Below are positions 40,481-49,562 of a stretch of 64,000 bases of DNA, piece by piece (the first letter of the stretch is position 1; each line of letters begins with the position of its first letter). The stretch spans positions 389-64,388 of the forward strand of contig JBJTLX010000212.1 in NCBI GenBank assembly GCA_046063245.1, in the 5' to 3' direction. Below the pieces are notes generated by a model that saw only the letters and a program-made list of their open reading frames with translations, was not told the origin of the DNA and made no database searches. This DNA is from Novosphingobium sp. Lineage in GTDB: Bacteria; Pseudomonadota; Alphaproteobacteria; Sphingomonadales; Sphingomonadaceae. Made by a program: the position numbers and the translations under genes.

Positions 40481-42679
40481 ATGACCGGCAAGCAGAAGAT
40501 CGCCGTGATCGGTGGCGGGGTCGGGGCCATGGCCACCGTGTTCGAACTGACCGAGCAGCCCGGCTGGCAGGACAAGTACGACATCACCGTCTACCAGCTG
40601 GGGTGGCGGCTGGGCGGGAAGGGCGCCAGCGGCCGCAACCAGCAGCGCGGCGACCGGATCGAGGAGCACGGGCTGCACTTCTGGTTCGGCTACTACGAAA
40701 ACGCCTTCAACATGATCCAGCGGGTCTATGCCGCGCTGGGTCGCAAGCCGGGAACCCCGCTGGCGGGCTGGCGCGACGCGTTCAAGCCGCACAGCCTGTT
40801 CATCCTGATGCAGTTCTACAAGGCCAAGTGGTCCGAATGGCACCTCTCGCCGCCATCCATGCCGGGGGTTCCAGGTGACGGCACGGTGCCATTGCTGTGG
40901 GACGCGGTCGACCGCATTCTGGAAGCACTGCACATCCACACGGTCCAGTCGCTCCCCGCCGACATGCACGGCGACCTGCACGATCATCACGGCCTCAAGG
41001 GCTGGGTGCTGTGGGCGGCGGAGAAGCTCGGGGTGGAACTGGTCCGCGGGTTCGAAGCGATCGATTTTCGCGCTGCGCGCGAGGCGGTGCAGCGGGTCGC
41101 CGCGGCGCCGCACGACGATGCGGCGCACGATCTGCTGCACGACGGAGTCGCGGCGCTGGGCCACTTCGTCGAGCGGGTCGGAGCCGCGGTGAACGCCCGG
41201 ATCGACTCGATGATCGAAAGCGACATCGAAGCGATCCCGATCCTGCGCCGGGCGCTCTCGCTGCTTGAGCTGGGCTATTACATGTTCAAGGGGATCGTGA
41301 TCGACGATGTCGCGCGCAAGGGCTTCGATCAGCTCGATCACCTCGATCTGCGCGAATGGCTCGCCAGCCACGGGGCCCAGTCGGTCGCGCTCGATTCCGA
41401 TAGCCTGCGCGTTGCCTACGAAAGCATCTTCGCCTTTTCGCAAGGCTCATACGAATTGCCCAACCTTGCCGCCGGCACCGGTCTGCGCGGGTTGCTGCGC
41501 CTCAGCGGTACCTACAAGGAAGCCTTCGCCTACAAGATGCAGGCCGGGATGGGCGACACGATCTTCGCGCCGTTCTATCTGGTACTCAAGCAGCGCGGCG
41601 TGAAGTTCGCGTTCTTCAGCGTCCTGCGTGACATCGTTCCGTCAGCCGACGGAAGCACAATCGACCAGCTGGTGATTGGCAAGCAGGCGACGATCAAGGG
41701 CGGGGCCGACTACGACCCGCTCTACGATGTGAAGGGCCTGCCGTGCTGGCCGAACCAGCCATTCTTCGACCAGCTGGTCGAGGGCGAGCAGATCTCCCAA
41801 CAGTACCCCGGGCTGGAATCCTACTGGTGCCAATGGAAAGACGTCGAGACCATGTCGCTCAGCCGCGGAACCGATTTCGATCTGGTCGTGCTGGGCACCT
41901 CGCTGGCCCCGATCGGGGTGTTCGGCGAAAAGCTGCTGGCCCAGAAACCGGCCCTGACCGCGATGGTCGGCAACATCGAGGCGATCGGCACCCAGGCGTT
42001 CCAGATCTGGACCGTGCCGGACGACAACCAGTTGCGCCATGCCCATGACGGCGAAGAGGTGGAGAAAGAGGGCGTTCAGCCGATCTATGGCGGATTTGCC
42101 CAGCCGCACAACACCGTCTCGGACATGTCGCACCTGATCGACCGCGAAAACTGGCCGGCCGCCTATCTTCCCGGTGCGATCTATTACTTCTGCGGCCCAC
42201 TGGCACTGCCGCGCAAGACCCCGCCCCCGACCAGCGTTCTGACCCCGCTGTTCCAGGACGCCGCCGCCAATGTCAGGGCCGCCGAATGGATGCGATCGAA
42301 CCTGCAGTTCCTGCTGCCTGGGTCGATGTTCTCGGGCTATCCGCAGAGCTTTCCCGATACGCTCAACTTCAACATTCTCTACGATACCGATGGCGGGTTC
42401 GACCGACTGGTCCCGGCCAGTTCGCACTTTGACCAGCAATACTGGCGGGCCAATATCGACCCATCGGAACTCTATGTCCTGTCATGCCGGGGCACCACGC
42501 AGTATCGGCTGCATTCGGGCGACACCGGCTATGGCAACCTGGTTTTCGCCGGGGACTGGACCAAGACCGGGCTGAACTATGGCTGCGTCGAAGCGGCGGT
42601 GATGTCGGGGATGGAAGCATCGCGGGCGATCTGCGGTGCGCCCACGATCATCTTTGGCGAGAACTTCCCGCTGCCGTAG
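40481..42679 (+). CDS. FAD/NAD(P)-binding oxidoreductase, COG3349-like (second subtype)
   Basis: IAVIGGG, GWRLGGKGASGRN, IEEHGLH, MQAGMGD and AGDWT...GCVEAAVMSG motifs. Confidence 0.82.
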   Translation: MTGKQKIAVIGGGVGAMATVFELTEQPGWQDKYDITVYQLGWRLGGKGASGRNQQRGDRIEEHGLHFWFGYYENAFNMIQRVYAALGRKPGTPLAGWRDAFKPHSLFILMQFYKAKWSEWHLSPPSMPGVPGDGTVPLLWDAVDRILEALHIHTVQSLPADMHGDLHDHHGLKGWVLWAAEKLGVELVRGFEAIDFRAAREAVQRVAAAPHDDAAHDLLHDGVAALGHFVERVGAAVNARIDSMIESDIEAIPILRRALSLLELGYYMFKGIVIDDVARKGFDQLDHLDLREWLASHGAQSVALDSDSLRVAYESIFAFSQGSYELPNLAAGTGLRGLLRLSGTYKEAFAYKMQAGMGDTIFAPFYLVLKQRGVKFAFFSVLRDIVPSADGSTIDQLVIGKQATIKGGADYDPLYDVKGLPCWPNQPFFDQLVEGEQISQQYPGLESYWCQWKDVETMSLSRGTDFDLVVLGTSLAPIGVFGEKLLAQKPALTAMVGNIEAIGTQAFQIWTVPDDNQLRHAHDGEEVEKEGVQPIYGGFAQPHNTVSDMSHLIDRENWPAAYLPGAIYYFCGPLALPRKTPPPTSVLTPLFQDAAANVRAAEWMRSNLQFLLPGSMFSGYPQSFPDTLNFNILYDTDGGFDRLVPASSHFDQQYWRANIDPSELYVLSCRGTTQYRLHSGDTGYGNLVFAGDWTKTGLNYGCVEAAVMSGMEASRAICGAPTIIFGENFPLP

Positions 42680-42801
42680 AGTCTGTTTCAGCTGGCCTGC
42701 AACGAGTGTCACCAGCTTTTCATCATAAATCCGTTGTTGCGCCTGAGTCGGTTAGATCTGGGGTCTAATTTCCGTGCCGCTCAATCCCGACAGGCCAAGC
42801 G

Positions 42802-42972
42802 GGCTCGGTCAGACTAACCAGGCACTTGCTGGCGGCGTCTGATGCCCCGCAAATCCAGAGCGTTGCCTCCTAGCCCATTTCGCCGGTTCAATGCCTCACC
42901 CGAGGTCATCCGCCTGGTGGTGCTGATGCAGGTTCGACTTCCACTGTCGGTTCGCATTGGGCTGACAGCGCC
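42802..42972 (+). mobile_element. Internally deleted IS6-family element (miniature)
   Basis: Left IR ggctcggtcagact; MPRKSRALPPSPFRRFNASPEVIRLVVLMQVR; right end gttcgcattgggctgacagcgcc. Confidence 0.75.
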
Positions 42973-43047
42973 GGTTTGGACAGTCCGTAATGGCACCTGC
43001 GAGCGTGTGACACACTGCAACAAGTGCGGTCAGTGCAGATAGGTGGC

Positions 43048-43422
43048 TCAGATCGGTTGGCGGGCTATCGCTTCGATCACGTGACCTTCGGGGTCCTTGT
43101 ACATCGCAAAGGTCAGTCCCAGCGCGTCGACGGTTTGCGCCGGGTGAGTCACTACCCCGCCGTTCGCCAAGATGCGTTCCGAAAAGGCAGGAACGTGATC
43201 GGTTTCGAAGACAAGTACGGCCTCGCCCGGCGTCGGCTTGCTGCCATCGGCGAACAGCACCAGCGCCGCGCCAGTCTGATCGCCCGAAGGACGCATGATC
43301 GCCTCGGCGAAGCCCTCGCCCTTGATGTGCTGGACCTGATCGAAGCCGCAGACTTCGCGGTAGAACGCTTCGAGCCGGGGCAGGTCCGATACCACGATCT
43401 TGGTCATCGCCAGGATAGTCAT
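43048..43422 (-). CDS. VOC / glyoxalase family protein
   Basis: KIVVSDL...FYREVCG and KDPEGHVIE motifs; ATGA overlap with TetR. Confidence 0.85.
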   Translation of the reverse strand: MTILAMTKIVVSDLPRLEAFYREVCGFDQVQHIKGEGFAEAIMRPSGDQTGAALVLFADGSKPTPGEAVLVFETDHVPAFSERILANGGVVTHPAQTVDALGLTFAMYKDPEGHVIEAIARQPI

Positions 43423-44111
43423 GCAGGGTTACCTCTCGCTGAATTCAAGCGCTCCTCAAGGCGCGTTCGTGCGGCAGGGGTGGCAAAGGGGAGCAACGTG
43501 GCAGCAAAGCCGAACGTCATGTCGCTGGCAAAGGCGTTCAATGTCAGGTCGCCTGCCACCCAGTCGCTAAGCGCACCGCTGAACTGATAGACCAGCACGC
43601 GGGTCAGCGCGGCGCTGTCGACGTCAGTGCGCAGGAAGCCTTCGGCCTGGACGGCACCGACCAGCCCATCCCAGAACCGGCCACGCGGCAGCCGCATCGC
43701 GGCGTCGAGCGGTTCGCTCGGCGCGCGCCGCCACATGATTGCGCGATAGAATTCGGGATCGGCGCCATAGAGGTCCATCGCTACGTCAACTGCATCGAAG
43801 AGCCGCTCCAGTGCATCGGCCGAGGCGCGCGCCGCGACCTGTTCTTCATAGGCGGCAAGGTCGTCGGCATAGACCGCCTCGAGCACGGCATCCTTGGACC
43901 CGAACAGGTTGTAAACGGTCGACAGGCTGACCCCGGCATGGGCGGCGATGGCCTTGCCCGATAGCGAGCCGATCTCCTGGCTGCGCAGCAGGTCGTGCGC
44001 TGCCTGTACGATCCGGCGGCGGCGTCCATCCTTGGCGCGCTCCCGTTGCCCATTGGCGCGCTGACCGGTGACTGGTGGGGCTGCCGGAATTGCCGTTTCA
44101 GAGTGAACCAT
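43419..44111 (-). CDS. TetR/AcrR family transcriptional regulator
   Basis: IAAHAGVSLSTVYNLFGSKDAVL HTH; start may be 44120. Confidence 0.92.
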   Translation of the reverse strand: MVHSETAIPAAPPVTGQRANGQRERAKDGRRRRIVQAAHDLLRSQEIGSLSGKAIAAHAGVSLSTVYNLFGSKDAVLEAVYADDLAAYEEQVAARASADALERLFDAVDVAMDLYGADPEFYRAIMWRRAPSEPLDAAMRLPRGRFWDGLVGAVQAEGFLRTDVDSAALTRVLVYQFSGALSDWVAGDLTLNAFASDMTFGFAATLLPFATPAARTRLEERLNSARGNPA

Positions 44112-44164
44112 TGTTTCCACCCAGCAAGCCTAGCGCAGCCGCCGCAAAGCGCCAGCGATAAAAT

Positions 44165-44178
44165 TGGAACGTGTTCCA
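44165..44178. promoter_or_regulatory. Putative TetR operator
   Basis: TGGAAC-gt-GTTCCA palindrome between divergent tetR and the phyH genes. Confidence 0.55.
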
Positions 44179-44258
44179 GAAACCTGTTGACTCGCCGTCT
44201 GCCGCGGTGAACCTTCCCGTCCAGGGCCGCGACAGATCGGCCACGATGGAGATGGAGC

Positions 44259-45059
44259 ATGGCTGACGCCCGACTTGCACCCGATCTGGATTTGGCCCGC
44301 CGCCAGCTTGCCGAGGATGGCTGGTGCGTGGTGCCCGATGTGCTCGACCCTGCGGCGACGCGGGACGCGCTGGATCGGCTTCACGCTGCCGCGCAGGCAA
44401 GCGAAGACTTGGGCGTTTCCACCTTCATGCCGATCCTCGATCCCAACCGCAGCAACGTGCGGGTGTTCTATCTGCTCGAGCACGACGCGCTGTTTCGCGA
44501 GATGATCCTGCACCCTGTCGCACGCGCGCTGGTGTCCAGCCTGCTGGGTGACAACTTCCTCATTTCAAACTTCACTGCCAACATCGCGCTGCCCGGTTCG
44601 CAATCGATGGCGCTGCATTCGGATCAGGCGCTGGTCTCGCCCGAACCGTGGCTGGCGCCTTGGTCGATCAACATCATCTGGTGTCTGGCTGACGTTCATT
44701 TCGAAAACGGGGCCACGCTGTTCGTGCCCGGCAGCCAGCACTGGCAGCGCCACGCTGACGTACCCGCAGATGCGGCACAGCGGTTAAGGCCATTTACCGC
44801 CAAGGCTGGCTCGGTCGTCGCGATGGACGGGCGGGTCTGGCACACTTCGGGCGCGAACGTGACGGCGGACGAGGCGCGCCCGCTGCTGTTCGGCTATTAC
44901 TGCAAGTCGTTCCTTCGCCCGCAGGTGAACTGGAATGTTGGCCTTTCCGCCGAGACGCAGGCCACGCTTTCGCCCGAACTGCACGAGCGGCTGGGCATGG
45001 GCCTGACCGCCAACAACGATGAAGCCGCCTTCATCGTGCGCCAGGTGGACATGGCATGA
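44259..45059 (+). CDS. Phytanoyl-CoA dioxygenase (PhyH) family 2OG-Fe(II) dioxygenase
   Basis: LHSDQ, NGAT..VPGS, AGS...VWHTSG..N and R motifs. Confidence 0.88.
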   Translation: MADARLAPDLDLARRQLAEDGWCVVPDVLDPAATRDALDRLHAAAQASEDLGVSTFMPILDPNRSNVRVFYLLEHDALFREMILHPVARALVSSLLGDNFLISNFTANIALPGSQSMALHSDQALVSPEPWLAPWSINIIWCLADVHFENGATLFVPGSQHWQRHADVPADAAQRLRPFTAKAGSVVAMDGRVWHTSGANVTADEARPLLFGYYCKSFLRPQVNWNVGLSAETQATLSPELHERLGMGLTANNDEAAFIVRQVDMA

Positions 45060-45847
45060 GCGCCGTCCTGCCCGAGCCGACCCGCGACCTTGCCCAGGGC
45101 CTGCGCAACATTGCCGACTATGGCCTGACCATCGTGCCCGACGTGCTGACCGGCAGTGCCCTAAGCGCAGCGCGCGATGCGCTCTACCGCGCCGCCGCGT
45201 CGGACCGCTCGCGCGGGCGCGAGGTCAAGTTCAGTCTCGACTATGCCGGTGACGAGACCAACCAGCGCGTCTGGAACGTCCTGAGCCGCGATCCCCTGTT
45301 CGAGGACCTGGCTTTCCACCCGATCGCCCTCGAATACGTCAAAGCGGTGCTCGGCTGGCCGGCACTGCTCGGCAATCTTTCCGCCAATATCACCGGGCCC
45401 GGCGGGGGCGAGATGGTGCTTCATGCCGACCAGATCTTCGTGCCAGAGCCCTGGTCGGCCGAGCCGCAGGGCATGAACCTCGCCTGGTGCATCGACGATT
45501 TTACCGTAGCGAACGGCGGCACCCGCTTTGCCCCGGGCAGCCACCGCCTGAACCGCGCGCCGCGGCCCGAAGAGGCCGATGTCGAGACTGCAGCGATTGT
45601 CGCCCCGGCCGGTTCGATAGCGATCTTCGAAAGCCGCGTCTGGCACAAGACCGGCCACAATTCGACCCCGGACCAGACCCGCGCCGGGATCTTCGCCTGG
45701 TATACCAAGCCGATCTACCGCCAGCAGGAAAACTGGTTCCTTTCACTCAGGCCAGAAGTGCGCCAGTTCGCATCCGACGATGCGCTGGTGCTGCTGGGCT
45801 ACAAGGCGGAAGGGCTGGGGCTGGTTCACGGCCTCTCGCCCGACTGA
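45056..45847 (+). CDS. PhyH family dioxygenase (paralog)
   Basis: LHADQ, NGGT..APGSH, VWHKTG.N and RQQEN motifs; ATGA overlap. Confidence 0.88.
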   Translation: MSAVLPEPTRDLAQGLRNIADYGLTIVPDVLTGSALSAARDALYRAAASDRSRGREVKFSLDYAGDETNQRVWNVLSRDPLFEDLAFHPIALEYVKAVLGWPALLGNLSANITGPGGGEMVLHADQIFVPEPWSAEPQGMNLAWCIDDFTVANGGTRFAPGSHRLNRAPRPEEADVETAAIVAPAGSIAIFESRVWHKTGHNSTPDQTRAGIFAWYTKPIYRQQENWFLSLRPEVRQFASDDALVLLGYKAEGLGLVHGLSPD

Positions 45848-45890
45848 GCGCACTTTGCACGATACGATACCGATCCAAGGGAGAATGACC

Positions 45891-46424
45891 ATGGCCACCG
45901 CCGCCGCCGAAAAGTCCGCCGACGCAGTCCGCTTTTCCATCTACCGCGCCGCCGATGCGCCCGAGTTCAGCGAGGTTTCGTGCATGGAGATGGCCGGGCT
46001 GACCCCGATCATCACTGCCGGGATCGAAGCTGCCGCGGCCGAAGGCGCGGACGATGGCGACGTCGTCAAACTGCTGTTCGCGATGCCGGGGATGAGCCTC
46101 ACCTATGCCTGGTTCAAGAGTGGCTTTCCCCTGCCGCTGCACTGTCACAATGCCGATTGCCTGTACTACATCATCGCCGGGTCGTTGAAGCTGGGTAGCG
46201 AGGAATTGGGCGCGGGCGACGGCTTTTTCGTCGGCTGCGACGTGCCTTATGCCTACACGCCGGGTCCGGACGGGGTCGAGGTGCTGGAATTCCGCACCGC
46301 CGACAGCTTCGACATCCGCTTCCTCGGCAAAACCAGGACATTCTGGGACAAGACGGCTGCGGCAATCAAGCGCGAGCGCGTCAACTGGGACGGACAGTTG
46401 CCGCCGAGTCAGAAGCGCGCCTGA
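45891..46424 (+). CDS. Cupin-domain protein
   Basis: LPLHCHNADCLYYIIAG and GDGFFV..DVPY motifs; GGGAG RBS. Confidence 0.8.
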   Translation: MATAAAEKSADAVRFSIYRAADAPEFSEVSCMEMAGLTPIITAGIEAAAAEGADDGDVVKLLFAMPGMSLTYAWFKSGFPLPLHCHNADCLYYIIAGSLKLGSEELGAGDGFFVGCDVPYAYTPGPDGVEVLEFRTADSFDIRFLGKTRTFWDKTAAAIKRERVNWDGQLPPSQKRA

Positions 46425-46865
46425 CCCGCCAAATTCTCTCATGCTGCGACCGCCTCACGGGGCGCGGCTTAGGAGCAGACCAGTGCGTGCCGGCGCACGA
46501 CGTCCAATGAAGTGGCGGCCGCTTCGGTCGATAGAGGACGACAGCTTCAGGCTGGAGTATCGATCGAGCTGACGTTCCTGTCGTACCCGCGATCGCCTCT
46601 AGGCCGGCGTACTTTTGTTATCGTTGACAGTGGATCAAGACGAAATGCAGCCCCAGTCTGACAGAGCTGCCACGTTGCGTTCGACCAAAGTGGACAGCAA
46701 GCGATCCTCTCTTTCTCCTGGCGGAGGCAAGCAAGATCGCACCAAGCCGTTTCCAATTGGACATTCCACTCTCCCTGTGACCTTGCAGCCGCCGCGGTTG
46801 ATCGCGATCGAGCCCAAACCCAGTTGAACGCCAGGGTGGTAGACGCACGCACCTATTACTTTCCA

Positions 46866-46902
46866 ATACCGATTTATGCGCCAAGTGATACGCTTTGGGT
46901 AA
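46866..46902. promoter_or_regulatory. LysR (BenM/CatM-type) binding region
   Basis: ATAC-N7-GTAA at 46888-46902 and a second ATAC 22 bp upstream, just before lysR. Confidence 0.5.
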
Positions 46903-46945
46903 TGGTTCAGGTGAGCGCAGCAGCGTGCAAAACTTTTCGGCCCGC

Positions 46946-47860
46946 GTGGACTTGCGCCACTTGCGCTACTTTGTGGCGATCGTGCGGAGCGGCAGCTTCC
47001 GTGCCGCCGCCGAAGAGCTCAACATCTCGCAGCCGCCACTGACCCGGCAGATTCAGCAGCTTGAGGAAATTGTCGGCACCCGGCTGCTGGTCCGCAAGGC
47101 TAGCGGGATCGAGCCGACCGAAGCCGGGCTTTCGCTGTCGATCGAGGCAACCAACGTCCTCGCGCTGGTCGACCGGGCCTGTATCAACACCGGCCTGATC
47201 GGCACCGGTCAGCTGGGTCAGCTCCACGTCGGCGTTTTCGGGTCGGCGGTGCTCGACATCGTCCCGCGGATCGTGCTCGATTTCCGCAACCGCTTTCCCA
47301 ATGTCGAAGTGGTCCTGCACAACATGGATCGCGGAACACAGGTCAAGGCCTTGCACGAGCGCCGCATCCAGATCGGCTTCAACCGGTTCTTCCAGGACTA
47401 TCCCGACCTGGTCTGGGAACGGGTGGTGCGCGAACGGATGCTGGTGGCCGCGCCCAGCAATCATCCGCTGGCACAAAGGCAGTCGATCAGTCTGCGCGAC
47501 CTCGCCCACGAACCCCTGATCTTCTATCCCCGGACCAACCAGCCGGGCGGGTTCGCCAACTATCTGATCCGGCTGTTCCACGACCTCAATATCGATCCCC
47601 AGATCGTCCAGAACGTCGACGACGTGGTAACTGCGGTGGCGTTTGTTTCGAGCGGGCTGGGCCTGACACTCGGCGTCGAATCTGCGACCAACCTCAACCT
47701 TCCGGGCGTGACCTATCTGCCGCTGGAAGAGGGCGAGGCCAGCGCCTTCGACCTGAGCGTGATCTACCGTGCCGGGGAGGAATCGCCGCTACTCGGCGGA
47801 TTCCTGGAATCGGTCCGGTCGATTGCCGACCTGCGGCGGAAGGGTCGACTGGAGCATTGA
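46946..47860 (+). CDS. LysR-family regulator (BenM/CatM-like)
   Basis: DLRHLRYF...SFRAAAEELNISQPPLTRQIQQLE; substrate-binding domain; GTG start. Confidence 0.93.
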   Translation: MDLRHLRYFVAIVRSGSFRAAAEELNISQPPLTRQIQQLEEIVGTRLLVRKASGIEPTEAGLSLSIEATNVLALVDRACINTGLIGTGQLGQLHVGVFGSAVLDIVPRIVLDFRNRFPNVEVVLHNMDRGTQVKALHERRIQIGFNRFFQDYPDLVWERVVRERMLVAAPSNHPLAQRQSISLRDLAHEPLIFYPRTNQPGGFANYLIRLFHDLNIDPQIVQNVDDVVTAVAFVSSGLGLTLGVESATNLNLPGVTYLPLEEGEASAFDLSVIYRAGEESPLLGGFLESVRSIADLRRKGRLEH

Positions 47861-47867
47861 GCAGCCA

Positions 47868-48129
47868 GGCTCTGTCAGAGCAAATGCATCGCTGCCGCGT
47901 TGGCACCGACCCACCATAGCCGTGTAATGCCGCGGCCACGCGAACTCGCCAGTCCGTTTCGCTATTTCGACTCATCGCCCGCGGCAGTCTGCCTCGTCGA
48001 TCGTCAGACCTATCGCGAGCGACGCTCAGCCGCCCTGGCCGAGCGGCAGATCCTCTTTGACTAGGTTTCACGCTGGGGCAGGGGAGGGTCCGTCGTACGG
48101 AGACCGGTTCGCATTGGACCGACTGCACC
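47868..48129 (+). mobile_element. Miniature IS6-family element with in-frame internal deletion
   Basis: Left IR ggctctgtcagag; 45-aa ORF 47927-48064 fusing transposase N- and C-termini; right end gttcgcattggaccgactgcacc. Confidence 0.8.
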
Positions 48130-48198
48130 GATGCCGGAATTCGGCGACCAGGCTATTGCGAATGACCTACCCGGTGCAGCAACGCCCATGCTATTGGC

Positions 48199-49041
48199 AT
48201 GGATATGGCACCCCGAATTGCAGTTCGTCCGGCAAACCCCGCGGAGATCGTCGCACGATGGCCGGTCCAGCGGATGACCTATGACCGGGCCAAGGCCCTG
48301 GCAGAGGAGCGGCTGCTCGCCGTCGAGGCCCCCATCGCCCTCGAATATAACGGCATGGCCTATGCGGTGATGATGGCGACGCCGTTGGATTTGGAGGACT
48401 TCGCAAGCGGGTTCACCCTTTCGGAACGACTGGTGGACAGCGTCGCCGAGATCGGCGCGGTCGATCTCGCCGAAGTTCCCGGCGGCTGGATCGTGCGGGT
48501 CGCGCTGCCGCCCGATCGCGATGCCCCGATCCGTGAGCGCGCGCGCCTGCGCCTGGTTGAGGGCAGCTGCGGGCTCTGCGGAATCGAAAGCATCGAACAG
48601 GCCATCCGGCCCCTGCCCAGGCTGGAGTCCAGGCTCACGGTCACGCGCGCGGCGATCGGTCGCGCGCTTGAGCAACTGGATGCGCATCAGCCGCTTGGCC
48701 GCGCGACCGGGGCCATGCACGCCGCGGCCTTCTGCGACGCGGAGGGCGGGATCATCGCCTCCCGCGAGGACGTGGGGCGTCACAATGCGGTCGACAAGCT
48801 GCTCGGCGCGCTCGCGCTGCAAAGCATCGATCCGGCAGAAGGCTTCATGCTGCTGACCGCGCGTTGTTCCTATGAGCTGGTGGAGAAGGTCGTGGTGGCC
48901 GGATGCCCGCTGCTCGTGACCATTTCCGCGCCGACGAGCCTTGCCGCGAGCCGTGCTGAGGCAGCGGGCTTGACGCTGGTCTCGCTGGCGCGCGGCGACA
49001 ACGCGCTGGTGGTGACCGATCCTGCCGGACGGCTGCAATGA
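48199..49041 (+). CDS. fdhD: Formate dehydrogenase accessory sulfurtransferase FdhD
   Basis: VMMATP, SCGLCG, TGAMHAA, REDVGRHNAVDKL and ISAPT motifs. Confidence 0.95.
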   Translation: MDMAPRIAVRPANPAEIVARWPVQRMTYDRAKALAEERLLAVEAPIALEYNGMAYAVMMATPLDLEDFASGFTLSERLVDSVAEIGAVDLAEVPGGWIVRVALPPDRDAPIRERARLRLVEGSCGLCGIESIEQAIRPLPRLESRLTVTRAAIGRALEQLDAHQPLGRATGAMHAAAFCDAEGGIIASREDVGRHNAVDKLLGALALQSIDPAEGFMLLTARCSYELVEKVVVAGCPLLVTISAPTSLAASRAEAAGLTLVSLARGDNALVVTDPAGRLQ

Positions 49042-49562
49042 GCCGCCTGCTCGGCGTGGTCCTGGCCGGCGGCCAATCGAGCCGTTTCGGTAGCGACAAG
49101 GCGCTGGCGCTCTATTGCGGCCGGACGCTGCTCGCGCACGCTGTCGCTGCACTCGAGGGCTGGTGCGCGGCGGTTGTCGTGGCGGGCAGGGCAGGCGGGG
49201 TTGCCGATTGGCCGGCGCCGGGCATGGGACCGCTTGGCGGCATCGCCGGGGCGCTGCGCCATGCGCGCGACCATGGCTTTGACGCCGTGCTGGCAGTCAG
49301 CGTCGACGCGGTGAACCTGCCCGGCGATCTGCCCGCACGGCTGTCCCCCGGGCCAGCGGTTGTTGCAGATCAGCCGGTTATTGGCCTCTGGCCGCTGGGC
49401 GTGCTGAGCGAATTGCAGGCCATCCTGAAAGGGCCAGGCCGCCACTCGCTGCGCGCGCTTGCCGAACGGACTGGCGCGCGGTTTGTGCGGCTGGAGCAGC
49501 CACTCGCCAATATCAACACCCGCGCCGATCTTGCGATCCTGGAAAAATGCCACGGGCTTTGA
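49038..49562 (+). CDS. mobA: Molybdenum cofactor guanylyltransferase
   Basis: LAGGQSSRFGSDKA, GPLGGI and NINTRADL motifs. Confidence 0.93.
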   Translation: MSRLLGVVLAGGQSSRFGSDKALALYCGRTLLAHAVAALEGWCAAVVVAGRAGGVADWPAPGMGPLGGIAGALRHARDHGFDAVLAVSVDAVNLPGDLPARLSPGPAVVADQPVIGLWPLGVLSELQAILKGPGRHSLRALAERTGARFVRLEQPLANINTRADLAILEKCHGL

